A stretch of 63,169 nucleotides of DNA, the filler included, from Diploschistes diacapsis (Eukaryota): the NCBI GenBank assembly GCA_023645945.1. It is 16 parts of 16 records of this genome, joined end to end, with 100 filler letters (N's around TTAATTAATTAA, not from the genome) between each part and the next. Parts side by side here need not be neighbours in the genome. Positions count along the whole stretch, not along the records: positions 61,779 to 63,169 come from JALAIB010003180.1; 15 more parts are not named here. One strand, written 5' to 3'. A program made the position numbers and the translations under genes. Below, in pieces: positions 61,779 through 63,169 of the stretch (position 1 is its first letter; each line of letters opens with the position of its first letter). The notes beneath the pieces are model-generated. The model made no database searches. It was not told the DNA's origin and saw only the letters and a list, made by a program, of their open reading frames with translations.

Positions 61779-62790
61779 ATATTCTCGTTAATTTAGCGGG
61801 CTGGGATCTCTTATTTCTTATTTAATAATTATTTTCGCTCGTTTCTTTAAAATAAATCTTTCTCGTATTATTATTAAAACCGTTAATTCTTTTATTCGTT
61901 TTATTAATTCGTTTCTTCGAGCGTTATTACGTAAATACGTATTGATTTAGTTGATTCCGTTAGTTCATTTTTAGTTCGTTGATGAATCTCTTTTGCTCGT
62001 TTTTACGATTGTAGGTCTATCCCGTTCTCGATAACTATATCTTAATTAACCGATTCCTTTATTAGGTTCTTAAACGAGGATCTTCCTGGTTTGAAATCAT
62101 CGCGGGGGCGGAATTAAATTCTTTTTAACTTTAATTTTTCGCTAGCATTAAATCCTTCGAAAGTCCCTCATATAAATAATTGCTGTAACGCGGGATATTT
62201 TATAAATTATTCTTTAATTAACGATTCGTCTTCTGAATCGTTTTCTTCAACCGTTGAAATCTTAATTAATTCTTTAAAAGACGGAAATATTATTAATTAA
62301 CTTTTTCTTTTTTAATTCTTTCTACTAACGGGGGCCATTGTTTATAATAATTCGGCGAGTAATACTTTCAAGTTAGGTTATCTTGGACTTACTCGAATAT
62401 TTAATTCGGTTAACGTTTTAAACTCTCGTCACGAATGCGAAAATAAAATAAACTTTTCGAATATAAAGCGCTAGCGCAGGAATAAATATGATATTATCGA
62501 AAACTAAACCTAATCCGGAAAGTCTAAGTGTAACTAAAAATATCTAAAGATAAAAGATCTCGATTCGAAAAGCTAAAGAAAAAACTATCTAAATAAAAAG
62601 AAAGTATAAATAAATATTATAAATGCTAACCTTATTAGAATTCAGGCATTACCCGCCTACACGCCGACCTCCTAACACACCCTTGAGCGGCTGGCAGCGG
62701 CTATCCGCGGTGAGACCTGTCCCTAGGCCTTGACGGTCTTGGCGGTCACCCCAGGGTCAAGCTGTTCCCATTTACGACGATTATAAAGAT
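61779..62790 (-). mobile_element. RIP-mutated LTR-retrotransposon 5' region (probable LTR ~62529-62780 and gag-like frame)
   Basis: GC-rich block bounded by TGTAAC at 62529. ATG near 62338 opens a stop-riddled coiled-coil-like frame. No diagnostic motif seen. Confidence 0.4.
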
Positions 62791-62914
62791 TATAAAACCT
62801 TTAAAGATGACTTTTATTAAGACGTATATTAGTAATAATAGGGGGAGGGATAGATTACCTTAAACGATCCTTAAACGCTAGAGGAGAGCCGAGATTTAGT
62901 TAAAGTAAGTAACA

Positions 62915-63169
62915 ACGTATATGCATAGCGAGCGGACACTCAATAGCGAGTAGACACCCCCCATCCAATTTTACGAACTTTTAACTTTTATATCTATTTT
63001 CTACGCGTACGATCATGGAATCATCTTTAATTAAAAACACAATCATAATAATACTTTAGGCTATTAAATAAGACCTAAATCTTAATATAAAACGCGTATT
63101 TTAGATATATAAGGTTCCTCGTACGACGCTTATTACTCGACGCGATAATCGTTCTGTAAAACACGATAT
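62915..63169 (+). mobile_element. Second Fot1/Tan1-type transposon family, 5' end
   Basis: TIR ACGTATATGCATAGCGAGCGGACACTCAATAGCGAGTAGACAC with internal direct repeat. ATG at 63015 gives MESS...L*AIK*DLNLNIKRVF*IYKVPRTTL (HTH). Confidence 0.82.

Overview
Genomic DNA from a filamentous ascomycete (Pezizomycotina-type genes and introns). The window is not one locus. It holds 16 contigs joined by 15 identical artificial 100-bp linkers (44 N + TTAATTAATTAA + 44 N). Two ~21-kb contigs are gene-rich. Contig 4492-25603 carries BMS1, a four-exon I9-type protease-inhibitor microgene absent from the ORF track, teaA/KEL1, KOG1/Raptor, an F-box gene and casein kinase I (HRR25/ckiA). Contig 40632-61678 carries a FUN14 gene, an importin-13-like karyopherin, a kinase-less CRIB protein and CTR9. 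The fourteen ~1.39-kb contigs are AT-rich, RIP-mutated, nested transposon debris: Fot1/pogo, Ty1/copia, Ty3/gypsy, a Tad1-like LINE, solo LTRs and MITEs. I found no convincing new multi-gene system, tRNA, rRNA or CRISPR array. Best leads: a hAT-type MITE family built as a repeat-spacer array, a three-way alternative C-terminus in CK1, an unclassified element with 9-bp GGCGAAAC arrays, a copia-primed LTR element with a non-canonical 60-bp-repeat interior, and the uncharacterised CRIB protein. All family assignments come from motif recognition by eye, not from database searches.
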